Positions 1 through 10,851 of a stretch of 64,000 nucleotides of DNA are shown piece by piece (position 1 is the first letter of the stretch; each line of letters begins with the position of its first letter). Made by a program: the position numbers and the translations under genes. Under the pieces are notes generated by a model that saw nothing but the letters and a program-made list of their open reading frames with translations, ran no database searches and was not told the DNA's origin. The stretch is taken from assembly GCA_030695905.1 (NCBI GenBank), contig JAUYOL010000007.1, positions 6,604 through 70,603 on the forward strand, in the 5' to 3' direction. Source of the DNA: Candidatus Omnitrophota bacterium. Lineage in GTDB: Bacteria; Omnitrophota; Gorgyraeia; 2-01-FULL-45-10.

Positions 1-125
1 AAGTGCGGATAATTTTTCACTTCTAGACCTTGTCAAAATGGATTTATATGGTAAACTCTATACTGTATAAAAGTATCTTGTTATATCCATTATTTGATTA
101 AAGGTAAAGAAAGGGAGGTGTCACG

Positions 126-800
126 ATGGACAGATTGGCTTTAATAGTTGCCGATCCTGTGAAGGCGATGTTGATCAAGGTATGGAGTTATATCCCTACC
201 ATGCTGGGCGCTATCGTAATATTGGTAGTTGGTTGGATAATAGCGAAGTTTGTTGAGGCTATAGTGGTAAGGGCATTGAAGGCAGCCCGTCTCGATGTAA
301 TAAGTGATAAGGCAGGCGTCGCTAATATGCTCGCGCAGGGCGAAATAAAGTGGACGCTCTCAGAGCTTCTAGGAGTTATAGTATATTGGATAGTGATGTT
401 AGCCGTTTTAGCGGCATCTCTCAACGCTTTGAACCTTACGGTTGCAAGCGATTTACTGGCAAGACTTGTTGCGTATATACCTAATATAATCGTAGCTATA
501 TTCGCTCTTGTGCTCGGGTCGTTTCTGGCGAGCTTTGTCGGAGGAATAGTACGCACCGCTGCCAGCAATGCTGGAGTGGGCAATGCGAAGTTATTGGCTA
601 AGATTACTCAGGCCATACTTATAATATTCGCGGTAATTATTGCTATCGAGCAGCTCGGAATAGCGACTGCATTCATAGCTTTTGCGGTCAATATTATTTT
701 AGCGTCGATCGGTTTGGCCCTGGCCCTTTCGTTTGGCCTAGGCTGTAAAGACATAGCCGCTAAGGCGATGGGTGATTTGCTGAATAAGGTGAAGAAGTAA
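126..800 (+). CDS. small multi-pass membrane protein with conserved TM-helix repeats (resembles the N-terminal region of MscS-like channels)
   Basis: 224-aa ORF, four hydrophobic helices, repeated TM_helix-like motif; RBS AAGGGAGGTG 6 nt upstream. Confidence 0.5.
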   Translation: MDRLALIVADPVKAMLIKVWSYIPTMLGAIVILVVGWIIAKFVEAIVVRALKAARLDVISDKAGVANMLAQGEIKWTLSELLGVIVYWIVMLAVLAASLNALNLTVASDLLARLVAYIPNIIVAIFALVLGSFLASFVGGIVRTAASNAGVGNAKLLAKITQAILIIFAVIIAIEQLGIATAFIAFAVNIILASIGLALALSFGLGCKDIAAKAMGDLLNKVKK

Positions 801-825
801 GCATAATAGAATAGTTCGTTTCCAA

Positions 826-858
826 GAGGCGCTTCGTAAGAAGCGCCTCTTTGTTTTT
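826..858 (+). terminator. rho-independent terminator
   Basis: GAGGCGCTTC-gtaa-GAAGCGCCTC perfect 10-bp stem followed by TTTGTTTTT. Confidence 0.8.
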
Positions 859-904
859 ATCAGTATTTATGCTACAATAGCCTCTCTTAAAATAGGAGCG
901 GATA

Positions 905-1654
905 ATGAAGAAACTTGTGTTGTTGCGGCACGGGGAGAGCACCTGGAACAAGGAGAACCGGTTTACGGGATGGACGGATGTCGATCTGTCGGAAAAAGGT
1001 TTGGTTGAAGCAAAGAAGGCCGGACAGACGCTTAAGAAAGAAGGATTCGAATTCGATGTAGCTTATACATCTGTATTAAAGAGAGCGATAAGGACGCTGT
1101 GGATTGCGCTCGACCAGATGGACCTGATGTGGATACCTGTGTATAACTCATGGCGGCTTAATGAACGCCATTATGGCGCGCTGCAGGGGTTGAATAAGTC
1201 GGAGACAGCGGCGAAGTACGGCGAGAAGCAGGTCCTTATATGGAGACGCAGCTATGATGTCCCGCCATCACCCCTTGAAAAGACTGATCCCAGATATCCC
1301 GGTAATGATCCAAGATACAAAGACCTTGCCAAAAAAGATATACCCGCCACAGAATGTCTTAAAGATACGGTCGCGAGATTTCTTCCTTACTGGCACGAGA
1401 CGATAGCGCCTGCGGTCAAATCCGGCAAGCGCGTGATAATAGCCGCGCATGGAAACAGTCTAAGAGCGCTGGTAAAATATCTCGATAACATATCGGATAA
1501 AAACATCGTCGGATTAAACATACCGACGGGCTTACCGCTTGTGTATGAGCTCGATGATAATCTTAAACCGTTGAAAAATTATTATTTAGGCGATCCGGAA
1601 GAAGTAAAAAAAGCCATGGATGCCGTGGCAAATCAGGGAAAGGCTAAAAAGTAA
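905..1654 (+). CDS. gpmA: 2,3-bisphosphoglycerate-dependent phosphoglycerate mutase
   Basis: N-terminal [18 protein letters not shown] histidine-phosphatase motif; full-length similarity to dPGM. Confidence 0.95.
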   Translation: MKKLVLLRHGESTWNKENRFTGWTDVDLSEKGLVEAKKAGQTLKKEGFEFDVAYTSVLKRAIRTLWIALDQMDLMWIPVYNSWRLNERHYGALQGLNKSETAAKYGEKQVLIWRRSYDVPPSPLEKTDPRYPGNDPRYKDLAKKDIPATECLKDTVARFLPYWHETIAPAVKSGKRVIIAAHGNSLRALVKYLDNISDKNIVGLNIPTGLPLVYELDDNLKPLKNYYLGDPEEVKKAMDAVANQGKAKK

Positions 1655-1655
1655 A

Positions 1656-3230
1656 ATGGTTAAAATAAAAAGGGCACTGATAAGCGTTTCTGACAAAGCT
1701 GGATTAGGGGAACTTGTAAAGATTTTGAAAAAGTACAATGTCGAGATTTTGTCTACCGGCGGCACGGCAAAGATGATACGGGATCTTGGAATACCGGCGA
1801 AAGATGTTTCCGAACATACCGGTTTTCCTGAAATGCTGGACGGCAGAGTCAAGACGCTGCATCCAAAAGTGCACGGGGCCCTGCTTGCTCTGCGTGAAAA
1901 CGAAGAGCATATGCAGACAGTAAAGAAGTACGAGATAGGCCTCATAGATATGGTAGTGGTAAATTTGTACCCTTTTGAGAAGACCGTGGCCAAGCCCGGA
2001 GTTAAGCTGGAAGAGGCGATAGAGAATATAGATATCGGCGGGCCGTCGATGTTAAGGAGCGCCGCGAAAAATCACAAGTCAGTTTGCGTAGTATGCGACC
2101 CGAACGACTATGGGCGCGTTATCGCGGAGATGGAGAAGAATTCAGGCAGTATTTCAGAGCCGCTTCTCATAGAATTAGGAAAGAAGGTATTTGCCAGGAC
2201 GTCAACATATGACGCAGCTATTTATAAATATCTTAATGAGCCGGGAACTGGTAACCAGGAACAGGGAGAGGGGTTCCCGCAAGACTTAAATTTAAAATTT
2301 AAAAAAATACAGGATCTGCGGTATGGGGAAAATCCTCATCAAAAGGCGGCGTTTTATCAAGGTGAGTCTGTGGATGAACCCAGTATATCGAATGCGGTAC
2401 AGCTGCATGGCAAAGAACTATCGTTTAATAATATCATAGACCTGAATGCGGCATTGGAGATAGTCAAGGAATTCGAAGATCCGGCCGCGACGATAATAAA
2501 ACACACAAATCCGTGCGGCACCGCGACGGCAAAGACACTCGCGAAAGCGTATATAGACGCTCTTGACAGCGACCGATTAAGCGCTTTCGGAAGTATTGTA
2601 GGATTCAATAGGCCGGTTGACACAGAGCTTGCCCAAACGATACTTAAAGAAGCGGATTTCGTCGAATGTATAATAGCGCCATCCTATGAAGCAAAGGCGC
2701 TCGAAGCGCTTAAGGTGAAGAAGAATTTAAGGCTGATCGAAGTGAAGAATTTCGGCGCGAAAGTCACAAAGTTCGATAAAGACATGAAGAAAGTTGTCGG
2801 CGGCCTTCTCGTTCAGGATAGGGATGTTGCCCATGTGAAAGAGTCTGATTTAAAAGTTGTCACAAAAGTTAAGCCCACCGTTGAACAGTTGAAGAGCCTT
2901 ATGTTCGGTTGGGTGGTCGCGAAGCATGTTAAATCTAATGCCATCGTATTGTGCCAGGGAACGAAGACTGTCGGAGTGGGTGCGGGGCAGATGTCGAGAG
3001 TGGTATCGGTTACTATAGCCGCTGAAAAAGCGGGTGAGCGCTCAAAAGGCTCTGTGCTCGCAAGCGACGCGTTTTTCCCGAAAGAAGACGGCATAGAGCA
3101 GGCCCATAAGGCGGGCGTCAAAGCGATAATACAGCCCGGTGGGTCGATACGCGACAATGAAGTCGTCGCGATGGCGGATAAATTGGGCATAGCAATGGTC
3201 TTTACCGGAATGCGCCATTTTAAACACTAA
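1656..3230 (+). CDS. purH: bifunctional AICAR transformylase / IMP cyclohydrolase
   Basis: MVKIKRALISVSDK MGS-like N-terminus and AICARFT domain; ATG at 1656 lies 1 nt after the gpmA stop and is the likely true start (ORF track starts at 1620). Confidence 0.93.
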   Translation: MVKIKRALISVSDKAGLGELVKILKKYNVEILSTGGTAKMIRDLGIPAKDVSEHTGFPEMLDGRVKTLHPKVHGALLALRENEEHMQTVKKYEIGLIDMVVVNLYPFEKTVAKPGVKLEEAIENIDIGGPSMLRSAAKNHKSVCVVCDPNDYGRVIAEMEKNSGSISEPLLIELGKKVFARTSTYDAAIYKYLNEPGTGNQEQGEGFPQDLNLKFKKIQDLRYGENPHQKAAFYQGESVDEPSISNAVQLHGKELSFNNIIDLNAALEIVKEFEDPAATIIKHTNPCGTATAKTLAKAYIDALDSDRLSAFGSIVGFNRPVDTELAQTILKEADFVECIIAPSYEAKALEALKVKKNLRLIEVKNFGAKVTKFDKDMKKVVGGLLVQDRDVAHVKESDLKVVTKVKPTVEQLKSLMFGWVVAKHVKSNAIVLCQGTKTVGVGAGQMSRVVSVTIAAEKAGERSKGSVLASDAFFPKEDGIEQAHKAGVKAIIQPGGSIRDNEVVAMADKLGIAMVFTGMRHFKH

Positions 3231-3231
3231 G

Positions 3232-4581
3232 ATGATATATCAAGAAGCATTGTTATATCTCGAGAGTTTCGTTAATTACGAGAAGATAGATAGTTATGAT
3301 TATAGATCTTCGTTGAAACTCGAAAAGATGAAACGTTTCGCGGCCCTTCTCGGTGATCCGCAAAATCATACCAGGTCTATCCACGTGGCAGGGACAAAGG
3401 GTAAAGGGTCCACCGCCGCTTTTATATATTCTATTTTAAGTAACGCCGGTTTTAAAGTGGGCCTATATACTTCGCCGCACCTGGTGGATTTTCGCGAGAG
3501 AATCAGGATAAACGGCGAACTCATAAGCGAAGAAGATCTCTCGTCTATCTTAGACAAGATCCGTAATATCGTGGAAAACTATATGAAGGATGATCGCCCT
3601 TCATTTTTCGAAGTATATACAGCCCTCGCCTATCTTTATTTCAAGGATAAAAAATGCGATTTTGCTGTTTATGAGGTCGGCTTAGGCGGAAGGCTCGACG
3701 CGACGAATTTAATAGAGCCTCTCGTATGTGTTATAACACCCCTAAGCTATGAGCATATGGATAAGCTGGGTAATACACTGGAAGAGATAGCGTCGGAAAA
3801 ATGCGGAATAATAAAATCCGGTTCGATATGCGTATCAGCGCCTCAGGATGCCCGGGCACTTAAAATAATAGAGAAGACGTGCGATGAAAGAGGGTCTCGT
3901 CTAATTTTAGTAGGCAGGGATATTATTTTTAAAGAAATAAGCTATAACGATACCGGAGAGGTTTTTGATATATATGGCGCATCATATGAATATCACAACC
4001 TTAAGTCGCGCCTTTTAGGTGCGCACCAGATTATCAATGCCGCCACAGCGATAGGCGTTATAGAGTCATTGAAGGCGCGCGGAGTTAATATTTCCGAAGA
4101 TGCTGTCAAAGGGGGCGTTGAAGCCGCGAAGTGGGATGGGCGGCTGGAAGTATTAGGCAAGAACCCGTATATTGTGCTGGATGGCGCGCAGAACAAGGCA
4201 AGTGCCGGTTGTTTGGCGGATGCCGTAAAAAAAGTATTTAAATACAGGAAGCTTATCCTTGTTTTAGGGGTATCGAAGGATAAGGACTTAATGGGTATCC
4301 TGGGCGAATTGATGCCTATAAGCGATTCAGCAATATTTACAAAATCCAGCATAGTCGCAAGGGCGATGGAGCCGGAAAAGATAATAGAGGCCGCCAGAAA
4401 AATAGATAGTGATATGGAAAATATTACGACGGCCTCGAGCGTTAAAGAAGCGCTTGATAAGGCACTGTCGAGCGCGGATAAGAGAGACCTTATTCTTGTC
4501 ACGGGATCGCTATTTGTTGTCGGAGAGGCCAAGTCTTATTTAGCGGAAGAAAGAACTGTTGAATGCACAAAAATACAATAG
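3232..4581 (+). CDS. folC: folylpolyglutamate synthase / dihydrofolate synthase (Mur ligase family)
   Basis: HVAGTKGKGST P-loop, Mur-ligase middle and C domains. Confidence 0.9.
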   Translation: MIYQEALLYLESFVNYEKIDSYDYRSSLKLEKMKRFAALLGDPQNHTRSIHVAGTKGKGSTAAFIYSILSNAGFKVGLYTSPHLVDFRERIRINGELISEEDLSSILDKIRNIVENYMKDDRPSFFEVYTALAYLYFKDKKCDFAVYEVGLGGRLDATNLIEPLVCVITPLSYEHMDKLGNTLEEIASEKCGIIKSGSICVSAPQDARALKIIEKTCDERGSRLILVGRDIIFKEISYNDTGEVFDIYGASYEYHNLKSRLLGAHQIINAATAIGVIESLKARGVNISEDAVKGGVEAAKWDGRLEVLGKNPYIVLDGAQNKASAGCLADAVKKVFKYRKLILVLGVSKDKDLMGILGELMPISDSAIFTKSSIVARAMEPEKIIEAARKIDSDMENITTASSVKEALDKALSSADKRDLILVTGSLFVVGEAKSYLAEERTVECTKIQ

Positions 4582-6002
4582 ACGATACTATCGTCGCGCC
4601 GGCTACACCCATAGGTGAGGGAGGGATAGGCATAGTCCGCATAAGCGGCGGCAAAGCGCTCGAAATAGCGGACAAGATATTTGTTCCGAAAAATGGTAAA
4701 AAACCGTCAGAGGGCGAGTTTTACACGATTCATTATGGACATATTATACACCGCCGCGGTGTAGTTGTAGAAAATCATATGACACCGCCGCGGTGTACGG
4801 CAAATGACGAAATCGTCGACGAAGTCTTGCTCACCGTTATGAGAGCCCCAAAGAGCTATACTAAGGAAGACGTAATAGAGATAAATTGCCATGGCGGGAT
4901 TCAGGCGGTGAAGAATGTGCTCGATCTCGCGGTAAAACTCGGCGCGAGGCTGGCCGAGCCGGGAGAATTCACGAAGAGAGCTTTTTTAAACGGGAGGATA
5001 GACCTTATTCAGGCGGAAGCGGTTTTGGACGTGATAAGAGCAAAGACGGAAGGTTCGTTAAAGGCCGCATTGGGTCAATTGGACGGGAAATTGTCGAAAG
5101 ACCTGTCCATCATTCTCGACGGTCTGGTCGATATAGCGTCACATATAGAAGCGGCGATAGATTTTCCGGATGAACAATTGGATATAATAAAAGAAGAGGG
5201 CCTTGCCGGCAAGGTAAAGGAGTTGACGGGTAGGGTTAAAGGCCTGGTAGAAAGTTTTGGCGAAGGAGTTGTTCTGCGCGAAGGTGTTCTTGCCGTCATC
5301 TGCGGCAAACCCAATGTGGGCAAATCGAGCCTTATGAATCTTTTGCTAAAAAGAGATAGATGTTTAGTCGCGCCCATACCAGGGACGACCAGAGACGCGG
5401 TAGAGGAGATGATAAATATAAAAGGCGTTCCTATCCGTCTCGCTGATACCGCGGGTATCGGGGCGGTAAAAGACGCGCTGTATGAGGCCAGCGCCGGTAA
5501 AAGCAGATCTTATATAGAGCGTTCCGATATAGTATTACTTATGCTTGATGCTTCATCGCAGATCAGCGAAGAGGATATATCTATCATAAGGCTTACCGAA
5601 AGCAGGAAGAAGATAGTTATAATAAATAAGACCGATATAGGTAAAAAAATAAATAAGAAAAGTATAGCCGGCTTATTTAAAAATGATGTTATAATAGAAA
5701 TGTCGGTGGAGAAGAATAAAAATATAGAACTTTTAGAAGGCGCTATTCTCGATTCCATATATAGCGGTAAATTTACTCAAGGAGAGAGCTCGCTTGTCAC
5801 GAATGCCAGACATAAAGAGCTTCTGGATAAGGCGCTCGAAAATATGACATCGGCTGACAGGCTCATTAAAGAAGGCTCCCATCCAGAGCTGATAGCCGTC
5901 GATCTTAAAGAAGCTATATTTAATATCGGCTTGATAGCAGGTAAATCGGTTTCGGATGATATATTGGACAGGATATTTGAAAATTTCTGTATAGGGAAGT
6001 GA
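4563..6002 (+). CDS. mnmE: tRNA uridine-5-carboxymethylaminomethyl modification GTPase
   Basis: N-terminal THF-binding domain, G domain (GKPNVGKSSL, DTAG), C-terminal CIGK motif. Confidence 0.95.
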   Translation: MHKNTIDDTIVAPATPIGEGGIGIVRISGGKALEIADKIFVPKNGKKPSEGEFYTIHYGHIIHRRGVVVENHMTPPRCTANDEIVDEVLLTVMRAPKSYTKEDVIEINCHGGIQAVKNVLDLAVKLGARLAEPGEFTKRAFLNGRIDLIQAEAVLDVIRAKTEGSLKAALGQLDGKLSKDLSIILDGLVDIASHIEAAIDFPDEQLDIIKEEGLAGKVKELTGRVKGLVESFGEGVVLREGVLAVICGKPNVGKSSLMNLLLKRDRCLVAPIPGTTRDAVEEMINIKGVPIRLADTAGIGAVKDALYEASAGKSRSYIERSDIVLLMLDASSQISEEDISIIRLTESRKKIVIINKTDIGKKINKKSIAGLFKNDVIIEMSVEKNKNIELLEGAILDSIYSGKFTQGESSLVTNARHKELLDKALENMTSADRLIKEGSHPELIAVDLKEAIFNIGLIAGKSVSDDILDRIFENFCIGK

Positions 6003-6061
6003 TTCGCTAATATGGTTAGCTTATTAAAGCGCGAAGCAGAATGAACAAGAAGGGATAGGCG

Positions 6062-6619
6062 ATGGATAAAAAAAAGATAGAGAAGGCTGTAAGGGATATC
6101 TTGGTCGCCGTCGGAGAAAATCCGGCACGGCGCGATATAAAGGATACTCCAAGAAGAGTTGCCGAAATGTATGAGGAGATACTGGAAGGCTATGAGCTCG
6201 ATCCGGAAAAAGAGCTGGAAGTAATATTCGAGAAAGACCATGATGAGATAATACTGCTGAAAAATATACCATTTTATTCAATATGCGAACATCACCTTGC
6301 CCCTTTCATAGGAAAAGCGCATGTAGCCTATATACCGAGCAACAATAGAGTGACCGGCTTAAGCAAGCTGGCAAGAGTAGTCGATATATACGCGAAAAGG
6401 CTTCAGGTGCAGGAGAGAATAACAACAGATATCGCCGATATCATAATGAAGAAGCTTAAGCCCAAAGGTGTTATGGTCATAATAGAGGCGGAGCATATGT
6501 GTATGTCTATGCGCGGCGTAAAAAAGCCCGGAGTTATGACAATAACCAGCGCCGTAAGAGGAACATTCAGAAGGAACGAGAAGACCAGGGCGGAGGCGAT
6601 GGCCCTGATCAGAGGGTAG
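6062..6619 (+). CDS. folE: GTP cyclohydrolase I
   Basis: CEHHLAPF active-site motif; 185 aa. Confidence 0.95.
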   Translation: MDKKKIEKAVRDILVAVGENPARRDIKDTPRRVAEMYEEILEGYELDPEKELEVIFEKDHDEIILLKNIPFYSICEHHLAPFIGKAHVAYIPSNNRVTGLSKLARVVDIYAKRLQVQERITTDIADIIMKKLKPKGVMVIIEAEHMCMSMRGVKKPGVMTITSAVRGTFRRNEKTRAEAMALIRG

Positions 6620-6672
6620 CGGCCTATTAGTGTTGAATATAATGCCTCAATATAATATAATGATACCCCATT

Positions 6673-7122
6673 ATGTATAACGACCTGGTAGAATTCAGTA
6701 AAAATTATATATTCGGCACTACTGTGGCTGCGTGGCTGATAGCGCAGTCCATTAAGGTGGTGCTTGGCGTATTCAGGGAGAAGCGCTTCAACTTCAGGTG
6801 GTTTGTCGGCACGGGCGGTATGCCAAGCTCGCATGCGGCCGGTGTATCGGCGCTTGCGACCTCTATAGGGGTATCATACGGGTTTGATTCGGCCTTATTC
6901 GCGGTGACTCTTGTTTTTACGCTGATAGTGCTGTTTGACGCGCAGGGAGTCCGGTATTCAAACGGCAAGCAGGCGGAGATACTTAATAAGATGCTGGATG
7001 ATATATATTGGAAGAAGAAACTGGATAACCATGAGTTGAAGGAGTTTTTGGGCCATACGCCTGTTGAGGTTTTTGCCGGTATAGCGCTGGGCATAATCGT
7101 TTCACTTATGTTGTATAGGTAA
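6673..7122 (+). CDS. divergent PAP2 family membrane protein (DUF212, YuiD-like acid phosphatase/haloperoxidase-related)
   Basis: GGMPSSHAA motif and hydrophobic helices typical of the family. Confidence 0.7.
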   Translation: MYNDLVEFSKNYIFGTTVAAWLIAQSIKVVLGVFREKRFNFRWFVGTGGMPSSHAAGVSALATSIGVSYGFDSALFAVTLVFTLIVLFDAQGVRYSNGKQAEILNKMLDDIYWKKKLDNHELKEFLGHTPVEVFAGIALGIIVSLMLYR

Positions 7123-7132
7123 GGGGTAGTAA

Positions 7133-7981
7133 ATGCAAAAGAAAGTATTATTAATAATAACTTGTTCAGTGGTGGCTGTTATAGGTATTTTTATTGCGTG
7201 TAAAATACTGACCGCTTCTGTTAAGCCTTCAGCGAACTCGGCCGCGGGCGTGCCCGCGAGAATGGAGAAGGCGTCTAAAGAGGAAGCGGAGCTTTTTGAG
7301 CTTGCCTCAAGATATGAGCAGTCGGGAGATCTTTTAAATGTGCGTGATACATACCAGAAGATTATCGAAGAATTTCCCGGCTCGGATAATATCCAGAAAG
7401 CGCAGGAAGGATTAGAGGGCACAAACGTCCGCATTCTATTTTCTCCAATAGCTACGCCGGATTCTCTATCCTATGAAATTCAAAAAGGCGATACGCTGGC
7501 AAAGATAGCGAAGAAATTTTCAAATACACAGGATATGATACTGAAGGCAAATAACCTGAAAAACCCCAAGGTCGTGCCTTTAGGCAGGAAGATAAAGGTA
7601 CATAATGAAAAATTCAGCATAGTGGTGGATAAATCACAGAATATACTTACATTAAAATCCGGGGACAGGATAGTGAAGACATACCGGGTTTCGACCGGGC
7701 TTAATAATTCCACGCCGGTAGGGAATTTCAAGATAATCAACAAGATAGTGGACCCTCCATGGTATACGGCAGGCTCCGTAATACCTGCGGATAGCCCTAA
7801 AAATATACTTGGTTCAAGATGGCTGGGGATTTCCGCGCAAAGTTACGGTATTCACGGGACCACAGAACCCCAATCAATAGGTAAGCAGGTAACTTCAGGC
7901 TGCGTAAGGATGATAAATTCCGAGGTAGAGGAGTTGTATCAGATAGTTCCTGAAGGTACAGAAGTTGTTATAGTCGATTAA
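7133..7981 (+). CDS. LysM-domain L,D-transpeptidase (YkuD family)
   Basis: N-terminal signal/TM; LysM ([11 protein letters not shown]); catalytic HGT...SGCVRM motif. Confidence 0.85.
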   Translation: MQKKVLLIITCSVVAVIGIFIACKILTASVKPSANSAAGVPARMEKASKEEAELFELASRYEQSGDLLNVRDTYQKIIEEFPGSDNIQKAQEGLEGTNVRILFSPIATPDSLSYEIQKGDTLAKIAKKFSNTQDMILKANNLKNPKVVPLGRKIKVHNEKFSIVVDKSQNILTLKSGDRIVKTYRVSTGLNNSTPVGNFKIINKIVDPPWYTAGSVIPADSPKNILGSRWLGISAQSYGIHGTTEPQSIGKQVTSGCVRMINSEVEELYQIVPEGTEVVIVD

Positions 7982-7991
7982 GGAGGTTTCC

Positions 7992-8960
7992 TTGGCCACT
8001 CATATGCCGGGGCTTGACTTCGAAAAACCCATAATAGAATTAGAGAGAAAGATCGAAGAGCTCAAAGGCTTTACGACCCGCGAAGATCTTGATATGTCCG
8101 GAGAACTTAAGAAGCTCGAGTCGAAGCTCGTCCAGATAAAGAAGGACGTCTATGAAAACCTTACTCCGTGGCAGAGGGTCCAGCTTGCGCGTCATCCAAA
8201 GAGGCCGTATACGCTCGATTATATAGAGATGCTCATGACCGATTTTATGGAGATACATGGCGATAGGCATTTCGCCGATGACAAAGCCCTTATCGGCGGA
8301 CTGGCCACATTGAATGGCAATAAAATAATGGTCATGGGGCACCAGAAGGGCAGAGATACAAAGGAAAATCTTGTAAGAAATTTTGGCAGCGCCCATCCTG
8401 AAGGTTACAGGAAGGCCATGAGGCTCATGAATATGGCCGAGAAATTTTCATTGCCGGTAGTAGCTTTTATAGATACCCCCGGCGCGTATCCGGGCATAGG
8501 CGCTGAGGAAAGGGGCCAGGCGGAGGCTATAGCGTATAATTTGCGTGAGATGGCAAGTCTGCAAACCCCCATATTAGTGTTTGTTATAGGGGAAGGCGGT
8601 TCGGGCGGAGCGTTAGGCATAGGAGTGGGTGACAGGATCTATGTATTGGAAAATGCCTATTATTCGGTCATATCGCCCGAGGGATGCGCAGCCATATTGT
8701 GGAAAGAGCGTACGCGCTCGCCGGATGCCGCAAAGAGCCTGAAGCTTACAGCTAAAGATTTGCTCGAGATGCATATAATAGACGGCATGATAAAAGAACC
8801 ACTGGGCGGAGCGCACAGGAATCCCCAGGAAGTCGCGCAAAATATAAGATCCGCCATAAAAAAAGACATCGATGATCTGAAGAAGATACCCAAGGCGAAA
8901 CTCGTGGAAATGCGTTATGAAAAGTTCAGGTCTATGGGTGTCTTCAGTGAAACAAAATAA
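7992..8960 (+). CDS. accA: acetyl-CoA carboxylase carboxyltransferase alpha subunit
   Basis: [18 protein letters not shown] motif; TTG start 5 nt after AGGAGG (alternative ATG at 8004). Confidence 0.93.
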   Translation: MATHMPGLDFEKPIIELERKIEELKGFTTREDLDMSGELKKLESKLVQIKKDVYENLTPWQRVQLARHPKRPYTLDYIEMLMTDFMEIHGDRHFADDKALIGGLATLNGNKIMVMGHQKGRDTKENLVRNFGSAHPEGYRKAMRLMNMAEKFSLPVVAFIDTPGAYPGIGAEERGQAEAIAYNLREMASLQTPILVFVIGEGGSGGALGIGVGDRIYVLENAYYSVISPEGCAAILWKERTRSPDAAKSLKLTAKDLLEMHIIDGMIKEPLGGAHRNPQEVAQNIRSAIKKDIDDLKKIPKAKLVEMRYEKFRSMGVFSETK

Positions 8961-8983
8961 GTTTTTTTGTAGTAAGTTATGAT

Positions 8984-9057
8984 GGGGCTGTGGTGAAGAG
9001 GGATCATATCACAATGGCATTGTGAGGTCACGAGTTCGATTCTCGTCAGCTCCACCA
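8984..9057 (+). tRNA. tRNA-Ala (anticodon GGC)
   Basis: manual cloverleaf: acceptor GGGGCTG/CAGCTCC with G3:U70 Ala identity pair; anticodon stem TCACA/TGTGA; loop AT-GGC-AT; T-arm ACGAG-TTCGATT-CTCGT; encoded CCA. Confidence 0.85.
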
Positions 9058-9096
9058 CTCATTTAACCTCGAACCAGAGAGGTAGAGAATATAAGA

Positions 9097-9135
9097 AAGT
9101 AGCCGACGTTTAAACGTCGGCTACTTTCTTTTGAT
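9097..9135 (+). terminator. rho-independent terminator after tRNA-Ala
   Basis: AAAGTAGCCGACG-tttaaa-CGTCGGCTACTTT stem followed by T-rich tract. Confidence 0.7.
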
Positions 9136-9366
9136 TTGTCGTTGAGATAATTCAAAATGTCCCGTTAATTGTAGGGGATATTTAAATGCCCCCTACAATT
9201 GAGTTAGCGTGCGGGACAGGTCAATATCCAGCCAAAAACTCCTCTCGTTACCTCTCTTTATCTCTGGTTTACTTTTTGGGTGGTTTAGTGCTTTTCTCGT
9301 CAGATACGAGCATATTTCGAGATATTATCAGAGCCAAAATAATGACTAAACCACTTATTCTTAAGA

Positions 9367-9963
9367 TCAGATCTTTTTCTTTTCTTTATCAATCCTTCTT
9401 AGTATAACTTCTCGTGATACCACAAAATCTCGGGCCAATAACTCAACGATTCTATCCATAGCGACGGCCTCATTTTTAATACCCAGGGCTTTAATCTGTT
9501 TTGAATGATGTTTTATCCTCTTCTCTAGGTGATGGCTTGATACGAGTATTAAACCTGCGAATTGATTTGCTTGCCACTCAAGCCAAGACCATTCATTTTC
9601 CGGAAAGGTCTCCATGAAATCTTTCCAATCTCCGGTCGTATTGAACCCGCGATGCCTATAAACACCTTCATGCATAATGGCATGGCCTACCTCATGGGCG
9701 AGGGTAAAGCGGTAGCGGCCTTGCCTGTGTTTATAAACATATTCATCCACGGAAATGTTTGATAGATCCGATGATATAAAGCCGTCGATTTCTATGATTT
9801 CATGGAGCCCGGGAATAGGGATGATATCAATACCGAGTTTAAATTCCACTATCTCTTCGATAGGCGTAGGGTAGGCATCTTTTGGATGGTATTTATGCAG
9901 GAAATCTGCCGCTACTTTCTCTATATGATCGTGATTTTTATAAGGAACAAAAACGTCATCCAC
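9367..9963 (-). CDS. ImmA/IrrE-family zinc metallopeptidase (COG2856)
   Basis: HEVGHAIMH HEXXH motif; translationally coupled to the upstream XRE gene. Confidence 0.75.
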   Translation of the reverse strand: MDDVFVPYKNHDHIEKVAADFLHKYHPKDAYPTPIEEIVEFKLGIDIIPIPGLHEIIEIDGFISSDLSNISVDEYVYKHRQGRYRFTLAHEVGHAIMHEGVYRHRGFNTTGDWKDFMETFPENEWSWLEWQANQFAGLILVSSHHLEKRIKHHSKQIKALGIKNEAVAMDRIVELLARDFVVSREVILRRIDKEKKKI

Positions 9964-9965
9964 TC

Positions 9966-10334
9966 TTATGATTCCTTAATTAATTTTATCAGCTTATCAA
10001 GCTTCTCTTTTGTTATCTTTTTCCCTCTAATGGTGCGGAATAAGAAAGGCATCCTCGCCACGATCTCTTTTTCTCTAAGCTCCTTCGGTAACCGGCCAGA
10101 TTCCGCCGCTGCGCGATCAAAAAATTCATACCACTCATCCGACGCCTCTTTTAATTTGAGATAATGAGCGTATTTTTTCAGTATCTCATCTTTGGGCGGC
10201 GGTAGTACACCTCTCTCGACCTTACTTAAATTTCCAGGATCAATGCCATGGTCTTCGCAGAATTTGCGTAGTGTTAAACCCAGCTTTATTCTTCTTTCCT
10301 TAAAATATGAGCCGAATGTTTTCCGTTCATCCAT
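9966..10334 (-). CDS. XRE-family helix-turn-helix transcriptional regulator
   Basis: Cro/CI-type HTH (LTLRKFCEDHGIDPGNLSKVERG); RBS GGGGGT. Confidence 0.75.
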   Translation of the reverse strand: MDERKTFGSYFKERRIKLGLTLRKFCEDHGIDPGNLSKVERGVLPPPKDEILKKYAHYLKLKEASDEWYEFFDRAAAESGRLPKELREKEIVARMPFLFRTIRGKKITKEKLDKLIKLIKES

Positions 10335-10417
10335 TTTAGTTACCCCCTATTTGTATATATTAAGTATATCATGTAGTAATAAAAATACAACACATAAATA
10401 CAAAAATTTATTTTTTA

Positions 10418-10780
10418 TCAAACCTCGTTGTTTTCATTTTTTAGATAATCGATAATAAATCCATCTATCCTTTTCCAGATATATGAGCTAAATCGGACGG
10501 GTTTTGGTTTACCGAATTTATCTTTATACCTTAAGTTATAAGTTTTGATCTTAGCGTATAAGATAAATATGGCTTGAGAAAGGATGTCTTCCCCGAAACG
10601 GGCACGATAGGCCGGGAAGGTTATCTTGTTGATCCGGAAGATCACAAACCAGATATGGCGCATGACAAGCTCTTCTTTCTTAGCCTTAGAGCGTCCTTGT
10701 GCTTGTTTAATAAGATGCCTTTCTTGATAAAGAGAGATTTTCGGATATTTGTGCATAATATGGCGATAGGTTTTAAACAT
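10418..10780 (-). CDS. sigma-70 region-2-only protein (truncated ECF-like sigma factor fragment)
   Basis: clear region-2 pattern (EELVMRHIWFVIFRI ... FSSYIWKRIDGFIIDYL) but no region 4. Confidence 0.5.
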   Translation of the reverse strand: MFKTYRHIMHKYPKISLYQERHLIKQAQGRSKAKKEELVMRHIWFVIFRINKITFPAYRARFGEDILSQAIFILYAKIKTYNLRYKDKFGKPKPVRFSSYIWKRIDGFIIDYLKNENNEV

Positions 10781-10851
10781 GGCGGTATATTATACAATTT
10801 GCGTATCTGAATCCGAAACGAAAATGGTAAGATTCGGAAAGCGAGAAGGGG

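Noticed and set aside
188-583. 131-aa minus-strand ORF inside the first membrane-protein gene
   Set aside because: Antisense shadow ORF of a GC-skewed, Ala-rich coding region; no RBS; the sense ORF has a coherent TM topology.
4886-5173. 95-aa Arg/Gly-rich + strand ORF inside mnmE
   Set aside because: Alternative frame of the well-supported mnmE gene; low-complexity composition.
9186-9407. 73-aa ORF between tRNA-Ala and the ImmA gene
   Set aside because: No RBS; it overlaps a terminator-like hairpin and the 3' end of the ImmA gene. Intergenic noise.
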